The translations under genes and the position numbers were made by a program. The notes beneath the pieces were generated by a model. It was not told the DNA's origin. It was given only the letters and a program-made list of their open reading frames with translations, and did no database searches. Below, one piece after another: positions 49,907 to 62,538 of a stretch of 64,000 bases of DNA (position 1 is its first letter; each line of letters starts with the position of its first letter). Source of the stretch: Deltaproteobacteria bacterium (GTDB lineage: Bacteria; Myxococcota_A; UBA9160; SMWR01); assembly GCA_031405455.1 (NCBI GenBank), contig JANNIY010000178.1:19257-83256 (forward strand), read 5' to 3'.

Positions 49907-50770
49907 GGCAGCGCTCCCCAGGCAATTTCGCTGGCCTCGAACGCCGGTCCGTCACGACACACGAGGGCGAAGCCTCCGCGCGCCAGCGGTGCGGCGCACC
50001 CCAGGCAAACACCGAAGCCGCAGGCCATGTGGTTTTCGAGCGATACGACGCAAGCCCGGCCGCTGGCGGCCGCGAGGATCGCGACACGCTCCATCATCGC
50101 GCGCGGCCCGCAGGTGTAGACCCGGGCCGCCCCCGGCTCCGCGAGCGAGCGTTCGAGCAACGCCGTCACGAGTCCACGCTCACCGCGGCTGCCGTCCTCG
50201 GTCGCGATCCGAAGCGAGACGTCGAGCGCGGCGAAATCCGCCTCTGCCATCAAATCGGCGCCGGTGCGGGCCCCGAGCAGCACTTCCACGCGCCCGCCGT
50301 TCTGGCTGCGCGCTGCGAGCTCGTAGACCGATGCGATGCCCGTGCCGCCCGCCACGAGCACGGCCCGCTCACCCGCTGCGGGCGTCGGGAAGGGGCGACC
50401 CAGCGGGCCCACGACGCGCAGCCTCTGCCCGGGAAGCGTTTCGGCGAGCAGCCGCGTGCCGCGACCGACGCGGCGGTAGAGGATCTCGACCTCGGCTCCT
50501 CCCTGCTCGGGCCGGCTGCGGAAGATCGCCATCGGGCGCGGCAGCAACGGATCCGTGCGCTCCACCGACGTGCGCGCGCCGGGCGAGAGCATCACGAATT
50601 GCCCGGGCAGGAAGCCCGGCCAGCCCGGAACGCGCAGGCGCAGCCGCAGGTTCTCGCCGCCCTCACAGCGGTTCTCGATCACCTCGGCATCGACCCGCAG
50701 CGCGCGCGGCCCCCCGGCGGACGCGTCCGCTCCCGCGTCGGGTTTCGCCTCGCGGTGCGGCGCTGCGCGA

Positions 50771-50778
<8 letters not shown>
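49903..50778 (-). CDS. pyrK: dihydroorotate dehydrogenase electron-transfer subunit
   Basis: FAD/NAD module (GQFVML, RPMAI, LVAGGTGIA) and C-terminal Cys cluster CGFGVCLGC. The start is uncertain: GTG 50778, or about 25 codons downstream. Confidence 0.85.
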
Positions 50779-52123
<1,345 letters not shown>

Positions 52124-54409
52124 CTAGGCTCCCCGCGCCGGCAGCTCGACGATGAAGCGCGTGCCCCGCGGCTCGTTGTCCTGCACGCGGATGTAGCCAT
52201 GGTGATCGGCCACGATGCGCGAAACGATCGCGAGGCCGAGCCCCGTGCCGTTCGCACGCGTCGAGAAGTAGGGCTCGAAAATGCGGCGCCGGTCTTCCAG
52301 CGGAATCCCGACACCGTCGTCTGCCACCTCGAAGCGCACACTTTGCAGCGACGGGTCCCAGGCGCTGCTCACCATCACCCGACCGCTCCGGCCGACGCGC
52401 TGGCCTCGCTGCACGGCGGCGATCGCATTGTCGATCAGATTGGTGAGGGCCCGACGGATCTGCTCGCGATCGATGTCGACCGTCGGCAGGCTCGGATCGA
52501 GGTTCGCGTCGAAAGCGACGTGTTCGGTGCCGTCGTAGCTCGCGACGGCGTCGGCGATCAGGCGATTCAGATCGCCGGCCTGCGGGTTCGCCGTCGGCAG
52601 CCGCGCGAAATTCGAGAACTCGTCGACGAGCAGCTTCAACCCGTCGACCTGGCTGGTGATGGCGTCGACACACTCGTCGAAGACCCGGATATCCTCGGGG
52701 TCTGCCCCGATCCGCTGGCGAAAGCGTCGCCGGATGCGCTGCGCCGACAGCTGGATCGGCGTCAGCGGATTCTTGATTTCGTGGGCGATCCGGCTCGCCA
52801 CCTCGCGCCAGGCGACCATGCGTTGCACCTTGACCGGCTGCGTGTAGTCGTCGAGCACGACCACCCGGCCGAGCACACCGCCCGCCTCGTCGTGGAGCAG
52901 CGTCACCGTCACGAGCAGCGTCGCGAGATCCTCGCCGAGAGGCACCTGGAGCTGGCGCCGGATGCTCTCGCGCGCGCCCGAGCGGAGCCTGCCGCCCAGC
53001 TCGACGATCAGGTCGCGCAGCTGCGGCTGCGCCACGTGATCGACGAAGCGGCCCCCGATGGGGTTCGCGTCGGACGCAATTCCGAGCTGATGGCGCGCCG
53101 AGGGATTGAGCGTGGTGATCCGGCCGTCGGCGTCGAGCGAGAGCACGCCGGCGCCGATCGTGCCGAGCACCACTTCCATCGAGCGGCGCCGCTGATCGAG
53201 CTCGGCGTTCGAGTGTTCGAGCCGCGCCCGCGCGTCGCGCAGATCGCGCGTCATGTCGTTGAACGAACGCACCAGAAATCCGACCTCGTCGTCGGCGGGC
53301 AATTCGACCGCCACTTCGAGATTTCCGCGCGCAACCTCGGCGGAGGCTGCGGCCAGCGCACGGATCGGGCCGGTCACGCCCTTCGCGATCCGAAATCCGA
53401 CCCAGGTGGCCAGCATCAGGATCACGAGAAAGCCGAGCAGCAGCTCGAGCAGATAGACCGTGCGGATGTTCCACGCGCTCGGCCGCAGCGCGCGGTACTG
53501 CGCAAGCGTGTCGCGGATGCTCGCTGTGTCCGGGGCGAGCGACTCGGGCAGGAAGAAGGCGAAGACCAGGGCGCCGGCCGTGCGTCCGGGCCGCCGGCTC
53601 GAGGCGATCGGCACCGCGCCCTGGATCACGTCTCCCTTGCCGGCCCGCTGCACCCGCCAGCCCGAGCGACCCTTGAGCGCCTGACGGACCAGTTCGCTGT
53701 CGCCGCGCGAAAAATCGCTCGACGGCACTTCCGGGTTGACGGCGCTCAGGATCTCGTTGCTGCCGCGGCCGAAGATCTCGACGACACCGAGATCGTAGGC
53801 GCGCTGCTCCGCCTCGATCAAGGCGGAAAGCGCGGCGCGATTCTCCTCGCGCAACAGGCCCCGCTTCGCGACCTGTTCGGCGATTCGCCCACCATACACC
53901 AGGGAGCGTTTCGCCATCCCCTCGTAATAGTTTTCTGCCATCCGGCCGCTCTTCTCGAGCGCGCCATCGACCTGCACGCTGAACCAACGGTCGATCGACT
54001 GCGTGACGATGACCGCCGAGATCGCGAACAGCAGGGAGGCGGTGATGAACGCGATCAGGACGAACGCCGACACGAACTTGAGATTCAGATGCGAGCCGAG
54101 CGTGCCGCGGCGGCGCTCGCCGACCAGCTTCCAGAAGTTGCGCGTGACCAGGAAGCCGAGCAGCAGGATCAGGATCACGACGACCGCATTCAGGAACAGG
54201 AAGAGCCCGCTGTCGCCGATCAGCTCGCTGAGACCTGCGATCGGCTGGAGCAGGAGCAGGGCCAGCAGCACGACGCCGACGCCGCTGCTGATCCACAGCT
54301 CGCGCCGTCGCCTCCGGCGTTCGGCTTCGGGAAGTCGACGGATGTCCGCGTCCACGGGATGGCCCGGGCTCGCGGGGGCGGGCTCCGAAGGCTGGCTTGC
54401 GTGCGGCAT
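52124..54409 (-). CDS. sensor histidine kinase, NtrY-like architecture
   Basis: N-terminal TM bundle, HAMP, PAS-like region, H-box IAHEIKNPLTPIQL and N/G boxes (NLIDNA, DDGVGI, GTGLGLAIV). Its stop abuts the regulator's start. Confidence 0.9.
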   Translation of the reverse strand: MPHASQPSEPAPASPGHPVDADIRRLPEAERRRRRRELWISSGVGVVLLALLLLQPIAGLSELIGDSGLFLFLNAVVVILILLLGFLVTRNFWKLVGERRRGTLGSHLNLKFVSAFVLIAFITASLLFAISAVIVTQSIDRWFSVQVDGALEKSGRMAENYYEGMAKRSLVYGGRIAEQVAKRGLLREENRAALSALIEAEQRAYDLGVVEIFGRGSNEILSAVNPEVPSSDFSRGDSELVRQALKGRSGWRVQRAGKGDVIQGAVPIASSRRPGRTAGALVFAFFLPESLAPDTASIRDTLAQYRALRPSAWNIRTVYLLELLLGFLVILMLATWVGFRIAKGVTGPIRALAAASAEVARGNLEVAVELPADDEVGFLVRSFNDMTRDLRDARARLEHSNAELDQRRRSMEVVLGTIGAGVLSLDADGRITTLNPSARHQLGIASDANPIGGRFVDHVAQPQLRDLIVELGGRLRSGARESIRRQLQVPLGEDLATLLVTVTLLHDEAGGVLGRVVVLDDYTQPVKVQRMVAWREVASRIAHEIKNPLTPIQLSAQRIRRRFRQRIGADPEDIRVFDECVDAITSQVDGLKLLVDEFSNFARLPTANPQAGDLNRLIADAVASYDGTEHVAFDANLDPSLPTVDIDREQIRRALTNLIDNAIAAVQRGQRVGRSGRVMVSSAWDPSLQSVRFEVADDGVGIPLEDRRRIFEPYFSTRANGTGLGLAIVSRIVADHHGYIRVQDNEPRGTRFIVELPARGA

Positions 54410-54608
54410 GGGGGGGAAGGCCTCACCAGGCGCGGTGGGTCGTCAGCCAGCGCACCGGTCGTACTCCGGTTTGCGCCTTCCGAGCTAAGACGGCGAAAAT
54501 ACTAATCAAACTCGCCAGCTACTGCAAGCGATTCCCATCAAGATCTGCGCCTTTCCGGACGATGTAGCACCCGTATTTCCCGCTACCGCGCGATGACGTG
54601 AGGTCTGG

Positions 54609-57600
54609 GTGTCGGCGATTCTCGAACGCCACCGCGAGCGCTTCCTCGCGGATCCGGGGGATACCCGTGCCTTCGCCGCTCTCGAGGAGGGCTGGTTCGT
54701 CGCGGGACGCTGGGACGACCTCGTCGGTCTCTACGAACAACGCCTGGCGGCAGCGGATCTCGCCAAGGACCCCAAGCAACGTGCCGGAATGCTCCTGCGC
54801 CTCGGCCAGGTCCGGGCCGAGCGGCGCGGGGATCTCGACGCAGCGGCGCGCTGCTTCCGGGATGCCTTTGCCGCCAGTCCGGAGCAGCGGCCCGCGCTGC
54901 GCGAGCTGCGCCGCATCCACGCCTCGCGCGCGCAGTGGGACGTGGCGCTCCAGCTCGCAGACCTCGAGATCGCGTTGCCGATGCGCGACGAAGAGCGCGC
55001 CGCGCTGCTCGCCGAAACCGCCGAGATCTGGCTGCGCGAGCTCCGCGATTCGGAGCAGGCCCGCCAGCTGCTCGCACGCGCGCTCGCGCTCGTTCCGGAT
55101 CAGCCGGCTGCGCTCGAAGGCCTCGCGCGCGCCTGCGAGGCGGAAGCTCAGCACCAGGAGGCCGCCACTGCCTGGGATCGCCTCGCCGCGAATCGGCGTG
55201 GGGCGGAGCGCGCTGCGGCGTTGGCCGCCCAGGCCGCGCTCTACGCCGGACCGCTCGGCGACCCCGCGCGCGCCAGCGAACTCTATCGGCGTGCGCTGAG
55301 CGACGATCCGCGCTGCGCCGCCGCCGTGGATGGCCTTTGCATCCTGGCACGCGCGTCCAAGGAGTGGAGCCTGCTCGCATCGCTGCTCGAACGTCGCTTC
55401 GAAGCCGCGAGCGAGCCACGAGCGCGCGCCGAAATCGCCATCGAAGCCGGACAGCTCGCCTCCGAAAGGCTGGCCAGCCCCGAACGCGCACGCAGCTGGT
55501 GGCTGCGCGCGCTCGCCGATGCCCCCGCGGACACGCGCGTGATCGACGGACTCGCCGAAGTGGCGCGCGGACGCGACGACGATACCGAGCTGCTGCGCTG
55601 CCTCGAACAGCGAGCCGAGATCAGCGGCGACGAGACGCCCGTTTCGGTGCTGCTGGAAGCCGCCTCGTTGCGTTCGGACCGCGGCGAAGATACGGCGGCG
55701 ACGGCCTGGCTCGAACGCGCGCTGCGGCGCTCACCCGATGACGCGTTGGTCGTCGAAGCCCTCTCCGACACACTCTCGCGTCTGGGCCGCTCGGAGGAGC
55801 TGGTCGACGTGCTCGAACGGCGCGCCGCCCTCGCTGGCGATGACGTTGCCTGCCGCACCGCCGTGCTCGCAGATCTCGGGGCGCTGCACGAAGAGCGACT
55901 CGCCGATCCCGAAGCCGCCGCGATCGCCTACGAACGCGCCTTCGAGATCGATCCGCGCACGCCCAACGTGGCGACGGCGCTCGAACGCCTGCACCGCAAG
56001 GCAGAGAATTGGACCGCGCTGCGCAGCCTGCTCGAAAAGGCTGCCGCCGTCGGGCCGGAAGCGCAGCGCGTCGCATTCACCTGCGCGCTCGGCGACCTGC
56101 TGGCGCAGCGCTTCGCCCAGCCGGCGGAGGCCGCCCGCGCCTACGAGGCGGCGCTCGCGCTCGAGCCGCGCACGCCCGCCGCGCACCGCGGCCTGCGCCG
56201 GCTCGCCGCCGAGCGCGGCGACACGGACTCGCTCCTGCGGGCCACCGCCAGCGAGGCGGCCGTCACGAGCGACCGCTCGCGCCTCGCCGAGCTCGCACAA
56301 GAGCTCGTGCACGGCTTCGAACAGGCCGGGCGTTTCGAACCCGCGCTCGCCTGGGCGCAACGCTGGGCCGAAAGCCTCCCCGAAAGCGCCGAACCGCTCG
56401 ACGCCTGTGCGCGCCTGCACGCCGCACTCGGGCAGGACGCGGAGTTCGTCGATTGTCTCGAGCGACAGGCCCAGCGGATCCAGGGCGAAGCGCACGCTGC
56501 GAATCGCCGGCGGCTGGCGCAGCACCATACGCAACAGGGCCGTGACGCCGACAGCATCCGTTGCCTCGAAGCGGCGCTCGCATCGGACGGGCGCGATCTC
56601 GAAGCGTTGGGCGCGCTGATCGAGCAACTCGAGCGCGCGGGGCGCATCGAAGAGCTCGTTCGCGCCCGCCGCTGGCTCGCAGACGCCGCGCCACCGGAGC
56701 GACGCGGCGAGTGCCTCGACGCGCTCGCCCGTCTGCTCGCAGAACGCGTCGGCGATGTCGCTGGCGCGATCGATGTCCTGACGCTGTTGGCCGCTGGCGA
56801 GGGCGCCCCCGCCGATGTGCAGCCGCGGCTCGAAAAGCTGCTCGAGCAGGCGGGGCGCTTCGACGACCTCGCAGCCCGCCTCCTCGAATGGCGCGCTGCC
56901 CTCCCGCCAGCGAGCCGCGAGGCGCTGGGCCTCGGTCTGCGTCGCGCGCAGGTCTTGGGAGATTCGCTCGGACAAGCGGACGCAGCCGCCGCGCTCTACC
57001 GCGAGCTGCTGGCGCAGCACCCCGGATCGAAGGAGGCGCGTGCAGGACTCGAATCGGCGCTGCGCGCGGCAGGCGACCTGGCGGGCCTCGCAGCGCAGCT
57101 CGCCTTCCGCGAAGGCTACGAGGCCGATCCGCAGGCGCGTGCGGCGCTCGCGCTCGAGCGCGCCGAACTGCTCGAGCAGCTTCCGGACGCTCGCGACGGC
57201 GCGCGTTTGGCGCTCGAACAGGCGCTCGCCTGCGTTCCCGATCCGGCGCTGCGCGACAAGGCCCGCGCGCGGCTGGCCTCGCTGCTCGAACGCTCGGGCG
57301 ACACCGCTGCGTTGCGCGCGTTGCTCGAAGCCTCGCTCGCAGACGCCGAGACGAGCGACGCGGCTGCATTGCACGAACGGCTCGGCCGGCTCTGCCGCGA
57401 CCGGCTCTCGGACGCGAGCGCAGCGCTACACCACTTCGAGACCGCCGCTCGCCTCGTCCCCGAACGCGCGGAAGCCTGGCGCGCGCTGGCCGAGCTGCAC
57501 GCCGAAGCGGGCCGCAACAGCGAGCTGCTCAGCGCGCTCGAAGCCGAGATCGCGACCGGCCCGGACCGCGAGCGCGAGATCGTCCTGCGCAGCCGCGTAG

Positions 57601-60600
57601 CGACACTGCTCGGCAGCGCGCCCGAGGCCGCCGAACGCGTGCACCTCCACTGGACCCGTGTCCTCGAACTCGACGGCGCCAACGCGTCGGCGTCCGACTA
57701 TCTGATCGCCCACTCGGAAGCTCTCGATGACGCCAGCCGGGTGGTCAGCCTGCTCGAAGCGCGCCTCGACGCACTCGACGGACTGCCTCGCGACGCACGC
57801 GGGGAGTGGGCCGCGCAGCGCGCTTCGCTGCGCTTGCGGATCGCGGGACTGCACGCGAATCGGCTCGCGGATCCCGACGCGGCGATCGCCAGCCTCGAAC
57901 CTGCCCTCGCCGAGCTGGGACCCCAGCCCGTGGTCGCCGAGCCGCTCGCCGACCTCTACGAACGCGCCGGCTATGGCGACGACCTGATCGATCTGTGCGA
58001 GCGCGCCGCAGCGGCGAGCCCCGATGCAGGAGAACGCGGCGCGTGGCGCCTGCGCCGGGCCGCAGCCCTGCGCAGACATCAGCGCGAGCGCGAAGCCGCA
58101 GAAGCCTATCGCCAGGTGCTGAGCGATCGCCCCGGAGACCGCGAGGCCGAGTCGGCGCTGCGAGATCTGTATCGGCGCCTGGGCGAAAACGAAGCGCTGG
58201 CGCGCCTGCTCGAGGTCGAGCTCGCACGCCCGTCGACCCCGAGCGAGGTGGCAACCCGGATCCAGCTGGCGGGCCTGCTCGCCGGTCCGCTCGCCCGGCC
58301 GACGGAAGCGCTGCCCCACCTGCGCCGGGTGCTCGAGCTCGAGCCCGCCCACGCCCAGGCCGAGAACCTCGCGCTCGAACTCGCCGAACGACATGCCTCG
58401 AGCGACCTCCTGCTCGAGCTGTTGAAGCATGCGCTCGGGCACGCGTCGCCCCCTCCCCTGCGCGCGCGCCGGCTGCTGCAACGAGCGCGTCTGCTCGCTG
58501 CCAGCCAACCCGCCGATGCCGAGCGGGATCTGCACGACGCACTCGCGCTCGATCCGACGCTCGCACCGGCACGCGCCGAGCGCCTCGCCCTGCTCGAGCA
58601 GCTCGGTCGCTGGCCCGAGCTGCTCGCCGCCTGCGAGCACGCTGCGCTCGCCGCGGACGCCGATCGCCGCGCCGAAAAACTCGAACGCGGGGCCGCGATC
58701 GCCTGGGAGCATGTCTCACCGGACGCGGCGCTGCCGTGGCTGGCGCGGCTGCGCAGCGAACGGCCGGCCGATGCGAGCCTGCCCGCCCGCTGCGCTGAAG
58801 CCCACCGACTGGCCGGCCGCAGCGAGGCGCAGCTGCGCGCGCTGGCAGACGAGCTCGCGCTCTCGGAAGACCCCACGCGCCAGCGCGCGCTGCATTTCGA
58901 ACGCGCGCGGGTTCTCGAACGCGATCTCGCCTCCCCCGGCCGCGCGGTCACCGAACTCGAAACGCTCCTGCGTGTCGACCCGCGAGACGCCGAAGTCTTG
59001 CGCGAGCTCGAACGCCTGCACCGGGATCTGGGTCGCCCGCGCGAACGCGTGCAGGTGCTCGAGGCCCTGCTCGCACAGGTCGACGACGCGGAACGCGTGC
59101 CGCTCTTGTGCGAGGTGGCCGCTCTTTGGGCGGGACCGCTCGGCGAGCCGCAGCGGGCGGCCTCGCTCCTGCAACAGGCCATCGCCATGACACCGCGCGG
59201 GAGCGGTCTCCACGTCGAGCTGCTGCGCGCACTCGGAGAATCCCTGCGCATTGCCGGCCCTCCCGAGGCGTGGGCGCGCTGCGCCGAAGCCGAACTGCGA
59301 GCCCTCGATCCCACGGCGGCGGTCTTCGAGGATCGCCGCGTCGAGCTGGCGCGCGCGCTCGCCCAGAGCTACGAGCACACGCTGCTGCGTCCGGACGCCG
59401 CCTTGCGCCACTTGCGGGCGCTCGTCGACGGCCCCGCCGCGCGCGCGTTGTCAGACGACGTGGCGAAAGAAATCGAAGCCGCGCTGTTGCGAATGCTGAG
59501 GCTGCGCGCGGGCCCGATCGAGCTGGAATCGCAGCTCGCGGCCCAACTGGGGCGCGGTCCCGAGACCGCCGAGGGCTGGCTCGAGCTGGCGCAGCTGCGC
59601 GACGAAAAGTTGCACGCGAATACGCTCGCGGAGCAGGCCTACCGTCGCGCTCTCGAACTCGCTCCGGATTCGCTCGCCGCGCTGCGCGGGCTGCGTGGCG
59701 TCTGCGAACGCCTGGGCGCCTGGAGCGTCGTCGCAGAGACACTCGAAGCTGAAATCGAGCAGTCGGCGAGCGCGCCGCCGAGCGAGCGGGCCGCGCTGCT
59801 GCGGCGACTCGGCGACATCGCCTGGCGCCGCCTGCAATCGACCACGCGAGCGAGCCGCTGCTATGCCGCTGCGCTCGAAGCCGATCCGAACGACCTCGAG
59901 GCGCTGCTCGCGCTGGAAGCCCTGCTCGAGGCGATGGAGGATTGGCACGGCGCCCTCGGCCTCTACGAAAGCGAGGTCGAGATGCGCGGCGAGGGCGATC
60001 CCCTGCGACGCCAGCAGGCCTGGCTGCGCGCTGGAGAGATCGCCCGCGATCACACGCGCGAGACCCCGCGCGCGCTGCGCGCCTACGTGCAGGCTGCCGC
60101 GCTCGGCGAGCTGCCGCCGGCCCCGCGCCTGGAGCTGGCCGAGCTTCACCGGCGCTGCGGCGACGACGCGGCGTTCGCCACCGTCTTCGCGACCTGGTGC
60201 GACGACCCCGCCGCGGGCGCAGGAGCCACCGATCATTTGCGGTTGGCGGGAAGCCTCGAAGAACTCGGCCTCTTCGCCGATGCGCTCACGCGCGTAGAAC
60301 GCTCGCTGGCGCAGGCGCCCGCGGACCGAACCGCCTGGAAGCTCGCGGCGCGAACACGCGAGAGGCTCGCCGATGGCGCCGGTGCGGCGCAGGCGTGGGC
60401 GCGCGCGGCTGAACTCGCCGACGGCGCCGATGCTGCCGAGGCGCTGTTGCGGGCTGCCGAGCTGCGGCAGAACGACGACGCGCCGCAGGCCCTCGCATGG
60501 CTCGAGCGCGCCGCACGCCACGACCCGGGTGCGCCCGGCGTGCTGCGGGCACTCGCCGCCTCCCGCGAGACGTGCGGCGATCTGCCCGGCGCTCTCACCG

Positions 60601-62480
60601 CGGCGGAGCGCGCGCTCGAGCTGATGACGAATGCCGTTTCGGGAGCCGAGCGCAGCGAGATCGCCGGGCTCGGAGCGCGTTGTGCACTCGCGCTCGGTCA
60701 GCTCGAAGCCGCCGTGCGCTGCCTCGGCGCGCGGCTCGCCGAGACGCCCGGCGATCTGGAAGCGCAAGCGAGTCTCGGCGAGGCCCTCCTGGGCCTCGGA
60801 GATTTCAGCGCGGCACGCAGCCACTTCGAAGCGCGGCTCGAGAGCCCTGCGCCTCATGCCGGCCGCGCCCACCACCTCGTGTGCCTTGGCCGTTGCCTCG
60901 AGGCCGAAGGCGCGGAAGACCTTGCGCTCGCGCGCTTCGAAGCCGCGCTCGCGCTCGAGCCCACGCACCTCGAGGCCCACGAGAGGATCACGGAACTTCA
61001 CGAGCGCGCCGGTCGTATCGAGCCCGCACTGTGCGCGCTCGAACGCTGGGTCGAGCACGCCGCCGACCCGGCACTTCGCGCCCGCTGTCTCTTGCGCGCG
61101 GCCGAGTTGGAACTGCGCACCGGCGGGCGCCAGACCGCGGCCGAGCAGCATCTGCGCGCCGCACTCGCGGTCGACGGTGCCGGTGCACGCGCCGGCTTGC
61201 TGCTCGCGACCCTGCTGTGGGAGACGAACCGGGCCGACGAGGCGCTCGCCGTCGCTACCAGCACCCTCGCGGACGCGGCGAACGCGCCGGAACGCGCGGG
61301 ACTCGCCCTGCTCCGCGCGCGCGTGCTCGAACGGCGGGGCGAGATGCCTGCCGCGGCCGCGGCGTTCGAGACCGCCGCGCAGGCCGATCCCCGCTGCATC
61401 GAGGCCGCCGTTTCCGCCGCGCGCCTGTTGCGGGCGCAGGGGCAATGGCGGGCCGCGGGCAGCGCGCTCGCCGTTTTCTCCACGCGGCACCCGGGCGACG
61501 ACCCGGCGGGGCTGGCGGATGTTCTCGACCAGCTCGGGCGGCTGCGCGCGGGACCGCTCGAAGATGTCGATGGTGCGATCCAGGCCTACCGCCGCGCCCT
61601 CGAGCTCGAACCCGAGAGGACGGCAACGCGCACCGCGCTCGCACAGTTGTTGAGCCAACGCCCTGGCGACTGGCCCGAAGCGCTTCGACACCATCGTGCG
61701 TCCCTGGAGGCCGACCCGACGCTCGCCGCCTCGTTGCGCGCCGTGCTGCGAATCGCCGAAGGCAGCGGACGCCCCGAGGCTGCGGCGCAAGGACGCGCGA
61801 TCCTGCGCGCGCTCGGCGCGGCGAGCGTCGCCGAGCCGGACGACGCGCCGGCGAGCCTGTCGCGCTCGCTGTTCGGAACCGGCGAGCTCGCCCACCCGGT
61901 GGCCGAGACGGTCCGCAAGCTCGCCCAACAAGCAGCCAAGGAAATCGCCGAGGCGCTCGATTCCTCATCGGTGCTCGCAAACGCGGCCGGTTCGGGCAAC
62001 GTCGCCGCCTTCCGGTCGGCTGCGCTCACGGCGCAGGGCCGTCTCACGGCACCCGCCCTGCTGCCGCTGCCCGCGACACAGCAGGGGGAGGTACTGCGGC
62101 TGGTGGCAAGTCTGGCGGTCGCCCCGGATCTGGTGCGCGGCGGCGGCCAGCTCGTGAATGGTCTCGCCTCCGCGATCGGCCGGCGCGCACGCCGGCGCCT
62201 GCGTCGTGTGCTCGAGGGCACGTCGCTCGAGGCGATCACGGCGCTCGATTTCGGCGCCTGGCTCGCCGAGGTGCGCGCGCTCGCTGCCGCCAACGTCCTC
62301 GACGAAACCCACGGCGACCTGCGCACGGCGTTGCTCGCTTGCGTCGCGGACGACGCGCAGCACGCGAACGGTTTGCTGGGCGAGGCCGTCGATCTGACAG
62401 CGCTCGTCGCGGCACACGCCGAGGCGCGTTCGCTCCTCGGGCGTGCGGTGCGCACCTGGCTCGATCAGGTGTGCGCATGA
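54609..62480 (+). CDS. giant TPR-like repeat protein (2623 aa)
   Basis: One uninterrupted ORF. Dozens of Ala/Leu/Arg/Glu-rich helical repeats of the form A..Y...LELDP....AL..L..L......W..L. A C-terminal region of about 330 aa is non-repetitive. GTG 54609. Confidence 0.85.
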   Translation: MSAILERHRERFLADPGDTRAFAALEEGWFVAGRWDDLVGLYEQRLAAADLAKDPKQRAGMLLRLGQVRAERRGDLDAAARCFRDAFAASPEQRPALRELRRIHASRAQWDVALQLADLEIALPMRDEERAALLAETAEIWLRELRDSEQARQLLARALALVPDQPAALEGLARACEAEAQHQEAATAWDRLAANRRGAERAAALAAQAALYAGPLGDPARASELYRRALSDDPRCAAAVDGLCILARASKEWSLLASLLERRFEAASEPRARAEIAIEAGQLASERLASPERARSWWLRALADAPADTRVIDGLAEVARGRDDDTELLRCLEQRAEISGDETPVSVLLEAASLRSDRGEDTAATAWLERALRRSPDDALVVEALSDTLSRLGRSEELVDVLERRAALAGDDVACRTAVLADLGALHEERLADPEAAAIAYERAFEIDPRTPNVATALERLHRKAENWTALRSLLEKAAAVGPEAQRVAFTCALGDLLAQRFAQPAEAARAYEAALALEPRTPAAHRGLRRLAAERGDTDSLLRATASEAAVTSDRSRLAELAQELVHGFEQAGRFEPALAWAQRWAESLPESAEPLDACARLHAALGQDAEFVDCLERQAQRIQGEAHAANRRRLAQHHTQQGRDADSIRCLEAALASDGRDLEALGALIEQLERAGRIEELVRARRWLADAAPPERRGECLDALARLLAERVGDVAGAIDVLTLLAAGEGAPADVQPRLEKLLEQAGRFDDLAARLLEWRAALPPASREALGLGLRRAQVLGDSLGQADAAAALYRELLAQHPGSKEARAGLESALRAAGDLAGLAAQLAFREGYEADPQARAALALERAELLEQLPDARDGARLALEQALACVPDPALRDKARARLASLLERSGDTAALRALLEASLADAETSDAAALHERLGRLCRDRLSDASAALHHFETAARLVPERAEAWRALAELHAEAGRNSELLSALEAEIATGPDREREIVLRSRVATLLGSAPEAAERVHLHWTRVLELDGANASASDYLIAHSEALDDASRVVSLLEARLDALDGLPRDARGEWAAQRASLRLRIAGLHANRLADPDAAIASLEPALAELGPQPVVAEPLADLYERAGYGDDLIDLCERAAAASPDAGERGAWRLRRAAALRRHQREREAAEAYRQVLSDRPGDREAESALRDLYRRLGENEALARLLEVELARPSTPSEVATRIQLAGLLAGPLARPTEALPHLRRVLELEPAHAQAENLALELAERHASSDLLLELLKHALGHASPPPLRARRLLQRARLLAASQPADAERDLHDALALDPTLAPARAERLALLEQLGRWPELLAACEHAALAADADRRAEKLERGAAIAWEHVSPDAALPWLARLRSERPADASLPARCAEAHRLAGRSEAQLRALADELALSEDPTRQRALHFERARVLERDLASPGRAVTELETLLRVDPRDAEVLRELERLHRDLGRPRERVQVLEALLAQVDDAERVPLLCEVAALWAGPLGEPQRAASLLQQAIAMTPRGSGLHVELLRALGESLRIAGPPEAWARCAEAELRALDPTAAVFEDRRVELARALAQSYEHTLLRPDAALRHLRALVDGPAARALSDDVAKEIEAALLRMLRLRAGPIELESQLAAQLGRGPETAEGWLELAQLRDEKLHANTLAEQAYRRALELAPDSLAALRGLRGVCERLGAWSVVAETLEAEIEQSASAPPSERAALLRRLGDIAWRRLQSTTRASRCYAAALEADPNDLEALLALEALLEAMEDWHGALGLYESEVEMRGEGDPLRRQQAWLRAGEIARDHTRETPRALRAYVQAAALGELPPAPRLELAELHRRCGDDAAFATVFATWCDDPAAGAGATDHLRLAGSLEELGLFADALTRVERSLAQAPADRTAWKLAARTRERLADGAGAAQAWARAAELADGADAAEALLRAAELRQNDDAPQALAWLERAARHDPGAPGVLRALAASRETCGDLPGALTAAERALELMTNAVSGAERSEIAGLGARCALALGQLEAAVRCLGARLAETPGDLEAQASLGEALLGLGDFSAARSHFEARLESPAPHAGRAHHLVCLGRCLEAEGAEDLALARFEAALALEPTHLEAHERITELHERAGRIEPALCALERWVEHAADPALRARCLLRAAELELRTGGRQTAAEQHLRAALAVDGAGARAGLLLATLLWETNRADEALAVATSTLADAANAPERAGLALLRARVLERRGEMPAAAAAFETAAQADPRCIEAAVSAARLLRAQGQWRAAGSALAVFSTRHPGDDPAGLADVLDQLGRLRAGPLEDVDGAIQAYRRALELEPERTATRTALAQLLSQRPGDWPEALRHHRASLEADPTLAASLRAVLRIAEGSGRPEAAAQGRAILRALGAASVAEPDDAPASLSRSLFGTGELAHPVAETVRKLAQQAAKEIAEALDSSSVLANAAGSGNVAAFRSAALTAQGRLTAPALLPLPATQQGEVLRLVASLAVAPDLVRGGGQLVNGLASAIGRRARRRLRRVLEGTSLEAITALDFGAWLAEVRALAAANVLDETHGDLRTALLACVADDAQHANGLLGEAVDLTALVAAHAEARSLLGRAVRTWLDQVCA

Positions 62481-62538
62481 GAGCGCAGCCTGAGCCGTCC
62501 GCTTGCCGCCGGCGCGGCGGGCGCTGAGGAAGTCCAGA

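Noticed and set aside
54393-54409. Sigma-54-like element TGGCTT-N5-CGGCAT (GG-N10-GC spacing) pointing toward the giant TPR gene.
   Set aside because: It matches only the minimal GG/GC dinucleotides, overlaps the kinase start codon, and lies 200 nt from the TPR start. GG-N10-GC occurs by chance very often in GC-rich DNA.
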